The translations under genes were made by a program, and so were the position numbers. Below the pieces are notes generated by a model, which had not been told where the DNA came from, did not search any database, and was given only the letters and a program-made list of their open reading frames with translations. Below are positions 1 through 8,691 of a stretch of DNA of 47,248 nt, piece by piece. The first letter of the stretch is position 1, and each line of letters begins with the position of its first letter. The stretch is from Promethearchaeia archaeon (GTDB lineage: Archaea > Asgardarchaeota > Lokiarchaeia > Sigyniarchaeales > SOKP01): NCBI GenBank assembly GCA_029856155.1, contig JAHQWL010000034.1, positions 1 through 47,248 of the forward strand, given 5' to 3'.

Positions 1-142
1 CAGATAACACCCCAACAAGAGAAATACCTATCCAAGGAACGCAAAAATACTCCAACACACACCCAATCGCATTCACCGCAAATAACACTGACCCACACAA
101 CAGCGATATGCCACCAAACAAATTACCCCCTAGCCTCGCCAT
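1..142 (-). CDS. Small hydrophobic membrane protein, paralog of 2187..2453 (5' part only; runs off the window edge)
   Basis: ATG at 142 (minus) reads MARLGGNLFGGISLLCGSVLFAVNAIG...; nt 1-127 are identical to 2312-2438; codons 2-5 differ by 5 substitutions, 4 of them synonymous. Confidence 0.8.
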   Translation of the reverse strand, partial: MARLGGNLFGGISLLCGSVLFAVNAIGCVLEYFCVPWIGISLVGVLS

Positions 143-209
143 AACATCATTTGATCACTCTGTCTTTTAAACTTATTTGTCAAAAAGAAAAAGAAAAAAT
201 AAAATCCTT

Positions 210-305
210 GCTCGAGAACATACTCCATCAACTCTTCTCATCTCAAATCAACCATCAACTTACCTTACCGCTCCTTTCCACATCCTATTCCCCTACACGC
301 TAAGC
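210..305 (-). repeat. Pre-23S 3' trailer / processing-stem arm, copy T1
   Basis: Shares GCTCnAGAACATACTCC...TCTCAAA...CTCC...CCCT...CTAAGC with 2103-2192 and 3645-3737; complementary to the 23S leader (7160-7304); followed on minus by a U-rich tract (182-204). Confidence 0.85.
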
Positions 306-457
306 CTGAACCTTGTGGTTCCTCTTTCAACACCACACACTCGTGCTATTGAGAGTGGCGGGCTGAACAGGTCGCCCGAAAGCTCCCTGCGTACACCCCC
401 ACCTCACTAACCCCGTCTTTTACGGGTGCACTCGTCTCGCATACTCAGTTCGCGTCA
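289..457 (-). repeat. Perfect 169-bp duplicate of the 23S rRNA 3' end (end of ES39, H99-H101, start of trailer)
   Basis: Base-for-base identical to 3721-3889 (offset 3432). Confidence 0.95.
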
Positions 458-474
458 TCAAGCTGACATTGCTA

Positions 475-1980
475 TTATATTTTAAAATTCAAAGTCATAT
501 TACACTCTTCACATGTATCTAACTCTTTGGATTGCACGTGATTACAATTCGAACAAACTGTTTCTGGAAATGTTGAAAAAAAGTCTCGAATTTTAGATAT
601 TATCTCCCCTTGTCTATGAGTAAATTCTTTATTTGATTCTTTTTGATATTTATCAATCACTAACTCAATAACTAACTTGTATGTTTTATTTCCTGTTTGA
701 ATCTTCCAAGCTTCATATTTATAATCAAAATTCATTGTAAATTCTAGATTTCCTGTTTTATTTACCTTAATATTGTAAGGTTTATTTATTAAATACATAT
801 CAGGATATTGAGCTAAAATTTTAAGATATTCTTCTCTCGCATTGACTATATGCTTATTAATTGCGGAAACTATAAGCCCAGTCACAGTTCTGCCAAAAGG
901 AATAACATCTGGTACAATAGTTTGTTTAGTCTTTGGCATACTCGGCCCATATAATCTATAATTTGTCATCCATATATGACCAGGGTATTTAAAATGTGCT
1001 TTTGGTAGCTTTACAGTTCCTTTAAAATGAGCAATTATATGCTCGTCTGCTTGAAAAGAGTAAATGAAAACAGTTTTTTCAAGCAAGTTACTCTCTAATT
1101 CAAAAAGATCTCGTTCTTTTTCCGGAAATAATTTTACTATATTCATTTTAATTTTTAAATCCCATATCTTAAAAAAACTCGGATTTATTTTAACCAAATT
1201 GATTAAGAGATCTGCTGAATCTTCTAGTGAATTTTGCATAAAGTAATTAGTAAATACGATCACTAATTCTTCTTCTTTTTTCTTTGTTGCATATTCTCCA
1301 GCCCTAAATTCAAAATTTGTAAGATCAGCAATTATTTTTTCTTTGGTATAACATGCATCATTAGAAACAGGTTCTATTTTTTCTGGATATTGAAAATTTC
1401 TTTCTTTTAGTAATTCATTAAGTAGTTTGGATCTTAGATTACTATATACAATTTCCAGCATGCAAATGTCTGATGGATTTTTTTTTGGAATTTTCCCTTT
1501 AGGATATGTTCTTAAGATTGGTGCTAAACGATCATAAATTTCTGATTTACTTTTTTTTATTAGGATTGCAGCTCTTCTTATTAATTCAACATTTCGTTGT
1601 TTAAATGGTTTTTTAGCATCTAAATCCTTATCTTTAATGACACTGAGATGACAATAAGGGAATCTATGATCCCCCAGTATTAATTCAGACCTAGAAAAAT
1701 CATACTGCATAACATGCCAAGGGATATAAATGAAATCTCTATTCCTAATAACACAGAATTTTTGAATATTGATAGAAAAGAGATTTGTAAATGCCACCCC
1801 ATTATCTGTTAATATTACATGGGAAATCCATTTATCATTTTTAGCTTGAACGTTGATTTTTACTACTTTCAATTTTCCACTATAAAAAATGTGATCTTCA
1901 GAGGGTATTATTTTACTTAACTTTGAATTCTCTAGTGGTTCATCAAGCTCAACTTCATTTAAAAAATCTAGATTCTCCAT
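475..1980 (-). CDS. Hypothetical protein with two PH/GRAM-like segments and a C-terminal zinc ribbon
   Basis: 501-aa ORF; IIPSEDHIFYS...WISHVILTDNGVAF and FQADEHII...GHIWMTNYRLY resemble PH/GRAM strand patterns; C-terminal CSNC...CEEC. Confidence 0.7.
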   Translation of the reverse strand: MENLDFLNEVELDEPLENSKLSKIIPSEDHIFYSGKLKVVKINVQAKNDKWISHVILTDNGVAFTNLFSINIQKFCVIRNRDFIYIPWHVMQYDFSRSELILGDHRFPYCHLSVIKDKDLDAKKPFKQRNVELIRRAAILIKKSKSEIYDRLAPILRTYPKGKIPKKNPSDICMLEIVYSNLRSKLLNELLKERNFQYPEKIEPVSNDACYTKEKIIADLTNFEFRAGEYATKKKEEELVIVFTNYFMQNSLEDSADLLINLVKINPSFFKIWDLKIKMNIVKLFPEKERDLFELESNLLEKTVFIYSFQADEHIIAHFKGTVKLPKAHFKYPGHIWMTNYRLYGPSMPKTKQTIVPDVIPFGRTVTGLIVSAINKHIVNAREEYLKILAQYPDMYLINKPYNIKVNKTGNLEFTMNFDYKYEAWKIQTGNKTYKLVIELVIDKYQKESNKEFTHRQGEIISKIRDFFSTFPETVCSNCNHVQSKELDTCEECNMTLNFKI

Positions 1981-2102
1981 ATTAAATCACTTAAAAATAC
2001 TTTTTTGTCTTAAATATCAATATTAATACCTAATTTATATTTATTAGGTTTTAATGGATAGAATATAAATTCTCTGTTCATAAAAAGAAATAATAAATCT
2101 TT

Positions 2103-2192
2103 GCTCTAGAACATACTCCATCTTTTCTTACTATCTCAAACCATTCAATCATTATAATCTCCGTCCACGCTATATTCCCTCATAACCTAAGC
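2103..2192 (-). repeat. Pre-23S 3' trailer / processing-stem arm, copy T2
   Basis: Diverged homolog of T1/T3, starting at GCTTAG (which supplies the stop codon of the 88-aa ORF) and ending GGAGTATGTTCTAGAGC; followed by a U-rich tract. Confidence 0.85.
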
Positions 2193-2453
2193 ATAATAAA
2201 CAATTACCTGTATCAACACGCCTACAAAATAGATTACGCTCTCCACCACACCCAAAATACACCCAACCTTCCCAAATAGCCCATCCTTATCATATCTCAT
2301 CCCAATTAGCCCAGATAACACCCCAACAAGAGAAATACCTATCCAAGGAACGCAAAAATACTCCAACACACACCCAATCGCATTCACCGCAAATAACACT
2401 GACCCACACAACAGCGATATGCCACCAAACAAATTACCGCCCAACCGCTCCAT
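2187..2453 (-). CDS. Small Gly-rich membrane protein (about 3 TM segments)
   Basis: 88-aa hydrophobic ORF; mostly synonymous differences versus the paralog at 1-142 support coding. Confidence 0.75.
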   Translation of the reverse strand: MERLGGNLFGGISLLCGSVLFAVNAIGCVLEYFCVPWIGISLVGVLSGLIGMRYDKDGLFGKVGCILGVVESVIYFVGVLIQVIVYYA

Positions 2454-2467
2454 AACTCGCTACCGTA

Positions 2468-3463
2468 TCAAATTCGGTCCTCATTATCAGATTCTTCAAG
2501 ATATTTCTTGTATTCTTCTTCTTTTTGAGCCATTAGTCCATTTGTTCTCATTTCATCCCTTCTTCTTCTTTTTTCTCTAATCTCAAAAACATCAATTAGA
2601 AAACTAATATTCTTGATAATACATTCGAATTCTTCTTTACGTTGATTATCCTCTTGATAAATGGAAATAAATTGCGCCCCACACTCAAAGCATCTTTTCC
2701 GTAAAAAAGTTATCATTCCCATAGCATTATATTTAAATTTCTTTTTGATATTTCCTTCATACATTATTTGCAAGTGAGGTAATAACTCAGTTTCATATTC
2801 CAGGAACTTTAGAGTCTTGCTACTATCAATTAATCTGCATATTTCAAAACCTGGTTCTTCTTTATGAAGTGTATTGTATAATTGTTTAAAAAACTCATAA
2901 ATTTCCAATACTTCGTGAGTGTTCAATAGGGGTTTTTGGGTCTCTGGGATTCTATGTGGAATAAGTTCTTTTATAAATTCTTGCTTTTTCTTATTGTTTT
3001 TCTTTCTTTTTACAGTTATTGCTGCGATTATTGCTATGATTAAACCTATAATTCCAACAACAATCAATGGAATTGTAATAAAAACAACAGAAGTATTAAT
3101 CGTTATAGAAGTTGTGGAAATCCCAATATTAATAAAAAGAATATGCCATGTATCAATACTTGGTGGATGCCAAGTACCACTATCGCTAAAGAAACTATGT
3201 TTATTCAGCCATGCAGTATAGTCAGATAAAATTAAGTTATAAAACGCATCATATTGCTGTTGGGTTAAAGCAATAACCATGATAGCTGAGCTAGTTGAAG
3301 AAAAAGACCATTTGTATGGATCAAGATTACCCATAAAATTAGAATCAGGAATATAAGTATAAGGGGATAAGCTATAGGTTCCCCGAAGTGCTTGTACTGG
3401 ATATACATAATTTAATCCGCTGAAAATTATCAAAAAAATAAATATTAAATAATTTTTATTCAT
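2468..3463 (-). CDS. Single-pass membrane protein (signal peptide, extracellular beta-rich domain, TM, cytoplasmic domain with CxxC)
   Basis: N-terminal hydrophobic leader ending VQA; TM VVFITIPLIVVGIIGLIIAIIAAITV followed by KRKKNNKKK; CFECG in the C-terminal part. Confidence 0.75.
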   Translation of the reverse strand: MNKNYLIFIFLIIFSGLNYVYPVQALRGTYSLSPYTYIPDSNFMGNLDPYKWSFSSTSSAIMVIALTQQQYDAFYNLILSDYTAWLNKHSFFSDSGTWHPPSIDTWHILFINIGISTTSITINTSVVFITIPLIVVGIIGLIIAIIAAITVKRKKNNKKKQEFIKELIPHRIPETQKPLLNTHEVLEIYEFFKQLYNTLHKEEPGFEICRLIDSSKTLKFLEYETELLPHLQIMYEGNIKKKFKYNAMGMITFLRKRCFECGAQFISIYQEDNQRKEEFECIIKNISFLIDVFEIREKRRRRDEMRTNGLMAQKEEEYKKYLEESDNEDRI

Positions 3464-3644
3464 TTTTTTTAATCGTGGATTTCTGTTTATTAATAATAAA
3501 ATTGTACATTTTTATCTATTTATATTTTATACTAGAATTATAAATCGGCACTAAATTATTGGATTATATTAGGAATATGCAATTCCAAAATATTTAACTC
3601 TTATGTTAAGAAATTTTGAATAAAAATAAAAAAATTAAAATCTA

Positions 3645-3737
3645 GCTCTAGAACATACTCCTTCCCTTCTCATCTCAAATCATTCATCAACCATCACTTA
3701 TCGCTCCTTCTACGCTACAATCCCCTACACGCTAAGC
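3645..3737 (-). repeat. Pre-23S 3' trailer / processing-stem arm, copy T3 (adjacent to the intact 23S gene)
   Basis: Directly follows the 23S 3' end; GGAGUAUGUUCU pairs with leader AGAACAUACUCC (7286-7297) and GAGC with GCUC (7301-7304) around an AUA bulge (BHB-like). Confidence 0.9.
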
Positions 3738-3867
3738 CTGAACCTTGTGGTTCCTCTTTCAACACCACACACTCGTGCTATTGAGAGTGGCGGGCTGAAC
3801 AGGTCGCCCGAAAGCTCCCTGCGTACACCCCCACCTCACTAACCCCGTCTTTTACGGGTGCACTCGT

Positions 3868-4106
3868 CTCGCATACTCAGTTCGCGTCACCGCGCCCTGA
3901 TCTCGTTACAAAGCATCCCATACATTCAAATTATAATGCTTCTCGCTTCATGCTTACGTCCACGCTCATGCTTCCGCTTTCGCTTCCACGCGCGCGCAAA
4001 CACTCGCATTTACACTCCGATTGGCTTCCGGCTTTCACAGGAGAACCTTACCAATCACACCAACTTAAATACATAACACACCTCGCAACACTCACTATAC
4101 GAGATT
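3868..4106 (-). other. LSU expansion segment ES39 (helix 98 insertion, about 240 nt)
   Basis: Insertion between CCCGAAAAUAGUCAGCC and GACGAGUGCACCCGUAAAAGACGGGG; closing helix AUCUCGU(4099-4105)/ACGAGAU(3900-3906); GAAGC-like short repeats. Confidence 0.85.
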
Positions 4107-4284
4107 GGCTGACTATTTTCGGGTTTGGCTTCGTGCTTAGATGCTTTCAGCACTTATCCATTGGCGCGTGGCTGCTCGGCACTACCTTGTCAGATAACCG
4201 ATACACTAGAGGCGCCGGCAAAATGTTCCTCTCGTACTGATTTTCCCTTACCCTCAGTCAACCCACAAACCCAGTAGATAGAAT

Positions 4285-4327
<43 letters not shown>

Positions 4328-4359
4328 TTAATGGGCGTACAGCCCCACCCTTGGAGGTT

Positions 4360-4391
4360 ATGCGCCTGTGCTCCTTTGCGGAAACACATAT
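4360..4391 (-). other. About 32-nt insertion in the helix-91 loop of 23S rRNA; candidate BHB micro-intron
   Basis: 39 nt lie between GGAGG and CCUCC where 8 are canonical; GCGC-ACA...hairpin...GCGC-AUA arrangement. Confidence 0.65.
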
Positions 4392-6307
4392 GTGCGCCTC
4401 CAGGATAGGAAGAGCCGACATCGAGGAAGCAAGCCACGAGGTCGATAGGGACTCTTACTCGTGACAACTCTGTTACCCCCGGGGTAATTTTTCTATCACC
4501 TCAACCATCCACACGAGAAATGTTGAGGATCGCTAGACCAGGCGTTAGCCTCAGGATTCCTTGGTGATCAGAATCCAGTCAGACCAGCTTTTGCTCTTAA
4601 ACTCTTCAGCGGATTCCTGACCCGCTTGAGCTGATCATTGGTTACTCTAGATATTGTTTCTAGAGTGAGCCGCCCCAGCCAAACTGCCCACCTGCGGGTG
4701 TCCGACGCGGTATGGGCGCCGTTAGCGATTTCAAAGGGGAAAGCCGGTGTTCCAATTGTGCTCCGCCGTAACCGAGATCACGGCATCGACGCTCCCGACT
4801 ACACTCTGTATCCAATTCAAAACCGCAGCAACAAGCTGCAGTAAAACTCCACGGGGTCTTCTCGTCCCACTGGGTTTCTCCGGACCGTTCGCCGGAGTGT
4901 AATTTCAATCGTCAGAAGGCTGGGACAATGGGGAGAACGTTGGACCATTCATGCACGTCTGAACTTACCAGACAAGGCATTTGGCTACCTTAAGAGAGTT
5001 ATAGTTACTCCCGGCGTTTAGCAGGACTTACTCGGGTTGTAACCCGGATTTATCAGACTGCCACTGGCCAGGTTTCAGCCACTGTAAACAAGCTTTCGCT
5101 CTATCAGTGACCTATGTTTTTATTAAACAGTCGTCCCCCCCTAGTTATTGCAACTTGTGAGCCCCTGCACACTGCCGAAGCTGCGTGTAGAAGTTCGCAA
5201 GCAAGCCTTATCCCAAAGTTACGGCTCTATTTTGTCGATTTCCCTAGCCTCCTTTACACGAATACGCCTTAGGCTACTCACCTAGGGGCACCTGTGTCGG
5301 TTCTGGGTACGATCACGGCATTTCTTACTTTTGCTTTTTTAGTAGGTCCTGGGATTGGCGGAACCTTCCACAATTGGATGGCTATTCATGCTTTAAGCTG
5401 GGTCTAAGTATTACACTATTCACCAGCCTTATGCATTTAAATAGGGAAATATTCGACAGCCCTATTCCACCTACCCTGAACCGTCGGCACAAAGTCATGC
5501 GTTACCGCTATTTGTAGTGCCGTGGTACAGGAATATAAACCTGTTTCCCTTTCGCGTATACCAGTTAAGGGTACGCTTAGGATCGACTAACTCTTCGCTG
5601 ACGACGCATTGCAAAGAAACCCTTGCCCTTTCGGCGGATGGGATTCTAACCCATCTATGCTTTTACTATTACCAGGATTTTCACTACGGGCAGATCCACA
5701 GGAACTCACGCCCCTGCTTCTGCTCTACCCGCACGCTCCCCTACCAGATCATGGGGTTCTTCCGCCCATGCTCTTGGGTCTCGGTGGCAGATTTGAGCCC
5801 CGTCCATTTTCGGGGCTATATTTCTCGGCAAATGAGTTGTTACACACTCGTTAGGGAATGGCTACTTCTATACCTATCCTTTTGCTGTTTTAGAAATATA
5901 ACGCCCTTTAGTGTAACACTTAACCTGCACTTAGGGACCTTAACCCAAGTCTAGGTTGTTCCCTTCTCGGCGATGGACTTTACGCCCACCAACCCGTTTC
6001 CCAGAGTCTACGGTGCCAGCAGATTCGGAGTTTAAGAGCGGGGAGAGGAATTTCTTCCCCGTACCACGCAATTAGTGCTCTACCCCACTGGCTCCCTCGT
6101 CTGAGACTTGGCTGACACCAACTTCGGGGAGAACCAGCTATCACCGATCTAGATTAGCCTTTTGCTCCTATTCCCAGTTCATCCAAGTGAATTGCACGTC
6201 AACACTGGTGCAGACCTCCATCGCCCTTTCGAGCGACTTCATCTTGACCAGGAATAGATCGACCGGCTTCGGGTATTATAGCAGAGACTTTTGGCCCTTT
6301 AAGACCA

Positions 6308-6412
6308 TTCTTCTGGCTTAATTCCTTAGAAGGATTCACTAAACGTTTTCAGAATGGCAGAACCACTCTTAAACGAGTAGGTCTTCCTAATGTGATAATT
6401 AAGTTGCAAGAA
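6308..6412 (-). other. LSU expansion segment ES9 (about 105 nt)
   Basis: Insertion after GGGAAACC closed by UUCUUGCAACUUAAUU / AAUUAAGCCAGAAGAA, before GGUCUUAAAGGGCC. Confidence 0.7.
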
Positions 6413-7142
6413 TATTGGTTTCCCTATGCCTACGCGCCGTAAGACGCTTAAGCTTGCCACTACTATAAACTCCCTGGCCAATGATTCCAGACTGATGATG
6501 CGACCCTAGTCCTCTGTATTTTGATATTCTGTCACCAGAACTCATTCATGCAGAATCTGTCCTTTCAGGCTGCATCCTTAATAAACTATTTGGTTTCAAG
6601 CACTTTTCAACGCCCTTCCGGGTTACTTTTCATCTTTCGCTCACGCTACTATTTCGCTATCGGTCTTGGGACATATTTAGATTTACCAGCGTGTATCTGG
6701 CACGTTCATACGAGAAAACCATCCCGCATTACTCGGGGACTCTCGCAGCAACCTTCTAGATTATGATTACGCGGCTGTCACGCTCTATGGCTCAACATTC
6801 AAGAGGTATTCATCTTCTCTAGGGAGGTCGTACAAGGCCCACACACCACATTTCCCATAGGTTTCCCTAGGGATTCGGTTTGATCTAATCCGCTTTCGCT
6901 CGCCGTTACTCACGGAATCACTATTGTTTTCTTTTCCTCCTGGTACTAAAATGTTTTACTTCCCAGGGTTCCCCTTCCCATGAGGGAATCTTGCGGATTA
7001 TTAGGCCGCAAGCGGATGTCCTATTCGAGAATCTCGGGGTCAACGTCTTCATGCGACTAACCCGAGCTTATCGCAGCTTGTCACGCTCTTCATCGGTGCC
7101 CAAGCCAAGATATCCACCAAATAGTGGAGGCGTATTGGCGTC

Positions 7143-7312
7143 TAGTTGAGGAAAGATTCAGATTGCTTGTATAAGGGTATGCGTATTCGGAGACAATAAG
7201 TCTATTGAGTATCTATTAATATCACTCAATATCATTAATGACGATTTGAAACGATAATAAGAAGACATAAATTAATATTAATTAGGGAGTATGTTCTTAT
7301 GAGCATGATTTT
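7143..7312 (-). other. 5' arm of the pre-23S processing stem (leader)
   Basis: Blockwise complementary to the trailer: UCUGAAUCU/AGGUUCAGG, CCCUUAUAC/GUGUAGGGG, CUUAUUG/CGAUAAG, UUUCAAAUC/GAUUUGAGA, AGAACAUACUCC/GGAGUAUGUUCU. Confidence 0.85.
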
Positions 7313-7796
7313 TCATGCTTGGCTCCGGTTTCCTCAAACCAACAAAAGTACTTGTTGGTTTAAGCTCTCACTTCCTGTAGTACCAATTTCAAGACGGAAG
7401 TCTTTATTGATGTACTTCAGTGAGGCCTATGCCAGCTATCGGTCATATATCATCAATAATAGATGAGATATTTTTATTACCAATAACTTGTCGATGATAC
7501 ATAGGGAGTTTATTATTCAACTCATTTAATGCCATCGACAAAATATTAGAATAAATCCTTGATTAAAAATTTTATGGTCTAGTTCCAAAAATTTTGAAGG
7601 AGATGACAAATGGTTTGAGGTTTATTAATTAAAGAGTTAATAAAGAGCGAAATCATAAAAAAGGTAAATTAACAGAGAGTACAAATTAGAAAATATAGTA
7701 ACTTTTATAGTTTAATTATGAATACCATAAATTATTAATATTAGAAGTGTAAGATTTCGAAGGGATAATTGGATAGTCTAATACGAATAGTGAATA

Positions 7797-8675
7797 ATGA
7801 CAGATAAAAAAATCTTAGTGGGAACATCGGGTTGGGGCTATGATGAATGGGTTGGTCCTTTTTACCCAAAAAATTTAAGGAAAGAGGATTATTTGTTGTA
7901 TTATTCGGAGATTTTTTACACGAATGAGATAAATACGACATTTTATAATATACCGTCTCGATGGGTTGTAGAAAACTGGGCTAATAAAACACCACAAAAC
8001 TTCTTATTCTCAGCAAAAATCCCTCAGTCAGTGACACACGAGCATAAATTAGATTCAAAAAGTTGCTTAGATGATTTGGATAATTTTTTGAGGGTAATGG
8101 ATCCATTAATTGAATCAAAGAAGTTGATTGCTTTCTTAATTCAATTACCTCCCTCTTTTAATAGGAAGGAACATTTCAATAGACTTAAAGAATTTATTGA
8201 TAAATGGCCAGGTAACCCCAAAAGTGATGATTACCATTTAGTTATTGAGTTTAGGGATAAATCTTGGATGGATGATGAAGTATTTAGGTTTTTAGAACAG
8301 AAATCATTGACGTATTGTTCTGTGATTGAGCCCCTTTTACCTCCGAGGATGGATATTACCAATTCAGCTTTCGCATATGTGAGGTTCCACGGTTATGGTA
8401 AGGAAATTTGGTTTGATTATTATTTTAATGAAGATGAAATTAAAAAGTGGGCCCATTCAATTCAAGAGGTAATTCCTAAAGTAGATACAATAGGAATTTA
8501 TTTTAACAATCATTTTTCTGGATATGCTGCTAAAAACTCGCTAATGTTGATGAAAGAATTAAATCTTCAACCAAGAAATTCACCAAAAGACATAAGTATT
8601 TTAGATATTAAGAAAAAGACAGGAGAGTATTCGAAGGGGCAAGTAGGTTTAGATAAATTTATTAAATATTATTAG
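7797..8675 (+). CDS. DUF72 (YecE/YunF) family protein
   Basis: VGTSGWGY..W.G.FYP, EINTTFY, FSAK, QLPPSF, IEFR, YVRFHG, YFNNH motifs. Confidence 0.92.
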   Translation: MTDKKILVGTSGWGYDEWVGPFYPKNLRKEDYLLYYSEIFYTNEINTTFYNIPSRWVVENWANKTPQNFLFSAKIPQSVTHEHKLDSKSCLDDLDNFLRVMDPLIESKKLIAFLIQLPPSFNRKEHFNRLKEFIDKWPGNPKSDDYHLVIEFRDKSWMDDEVFRFLEQKSLTYCSVIEPLLPPRMDITNSAFAYVRFHGYGKEIWFDYYFNEDEIKKWAHSIQEVIPKVDTIGIYFNNHFSGYAAKNSLMLMKELNLQPRNSPKDISILDIKKKTGEYSKGQVGLDKFIKYY

Positions 8676-8691
8676 TGAGATACAACAGCTT

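Noticed and set aside
177-410. 77-aa plus-strand ORF
   Set aside because: Antisense to the duplicated 23S 3' end and trailer; not protein-like.
289-457. Separate 5S rRNA or independent ncRNA
   Set aside because: The sequence is identical to the 23S 3' end (H99-H101), not 5S, and no promoter of its own is evident.
210-3737. Trailer repeats as a CRISPR array or integron attC sites
   Set aside because: The repeats are about 90 bp, diverged and kb apart, with no cas or intI gene and no attC R/L-box symmetry. They are explained as rRNA processing arms.
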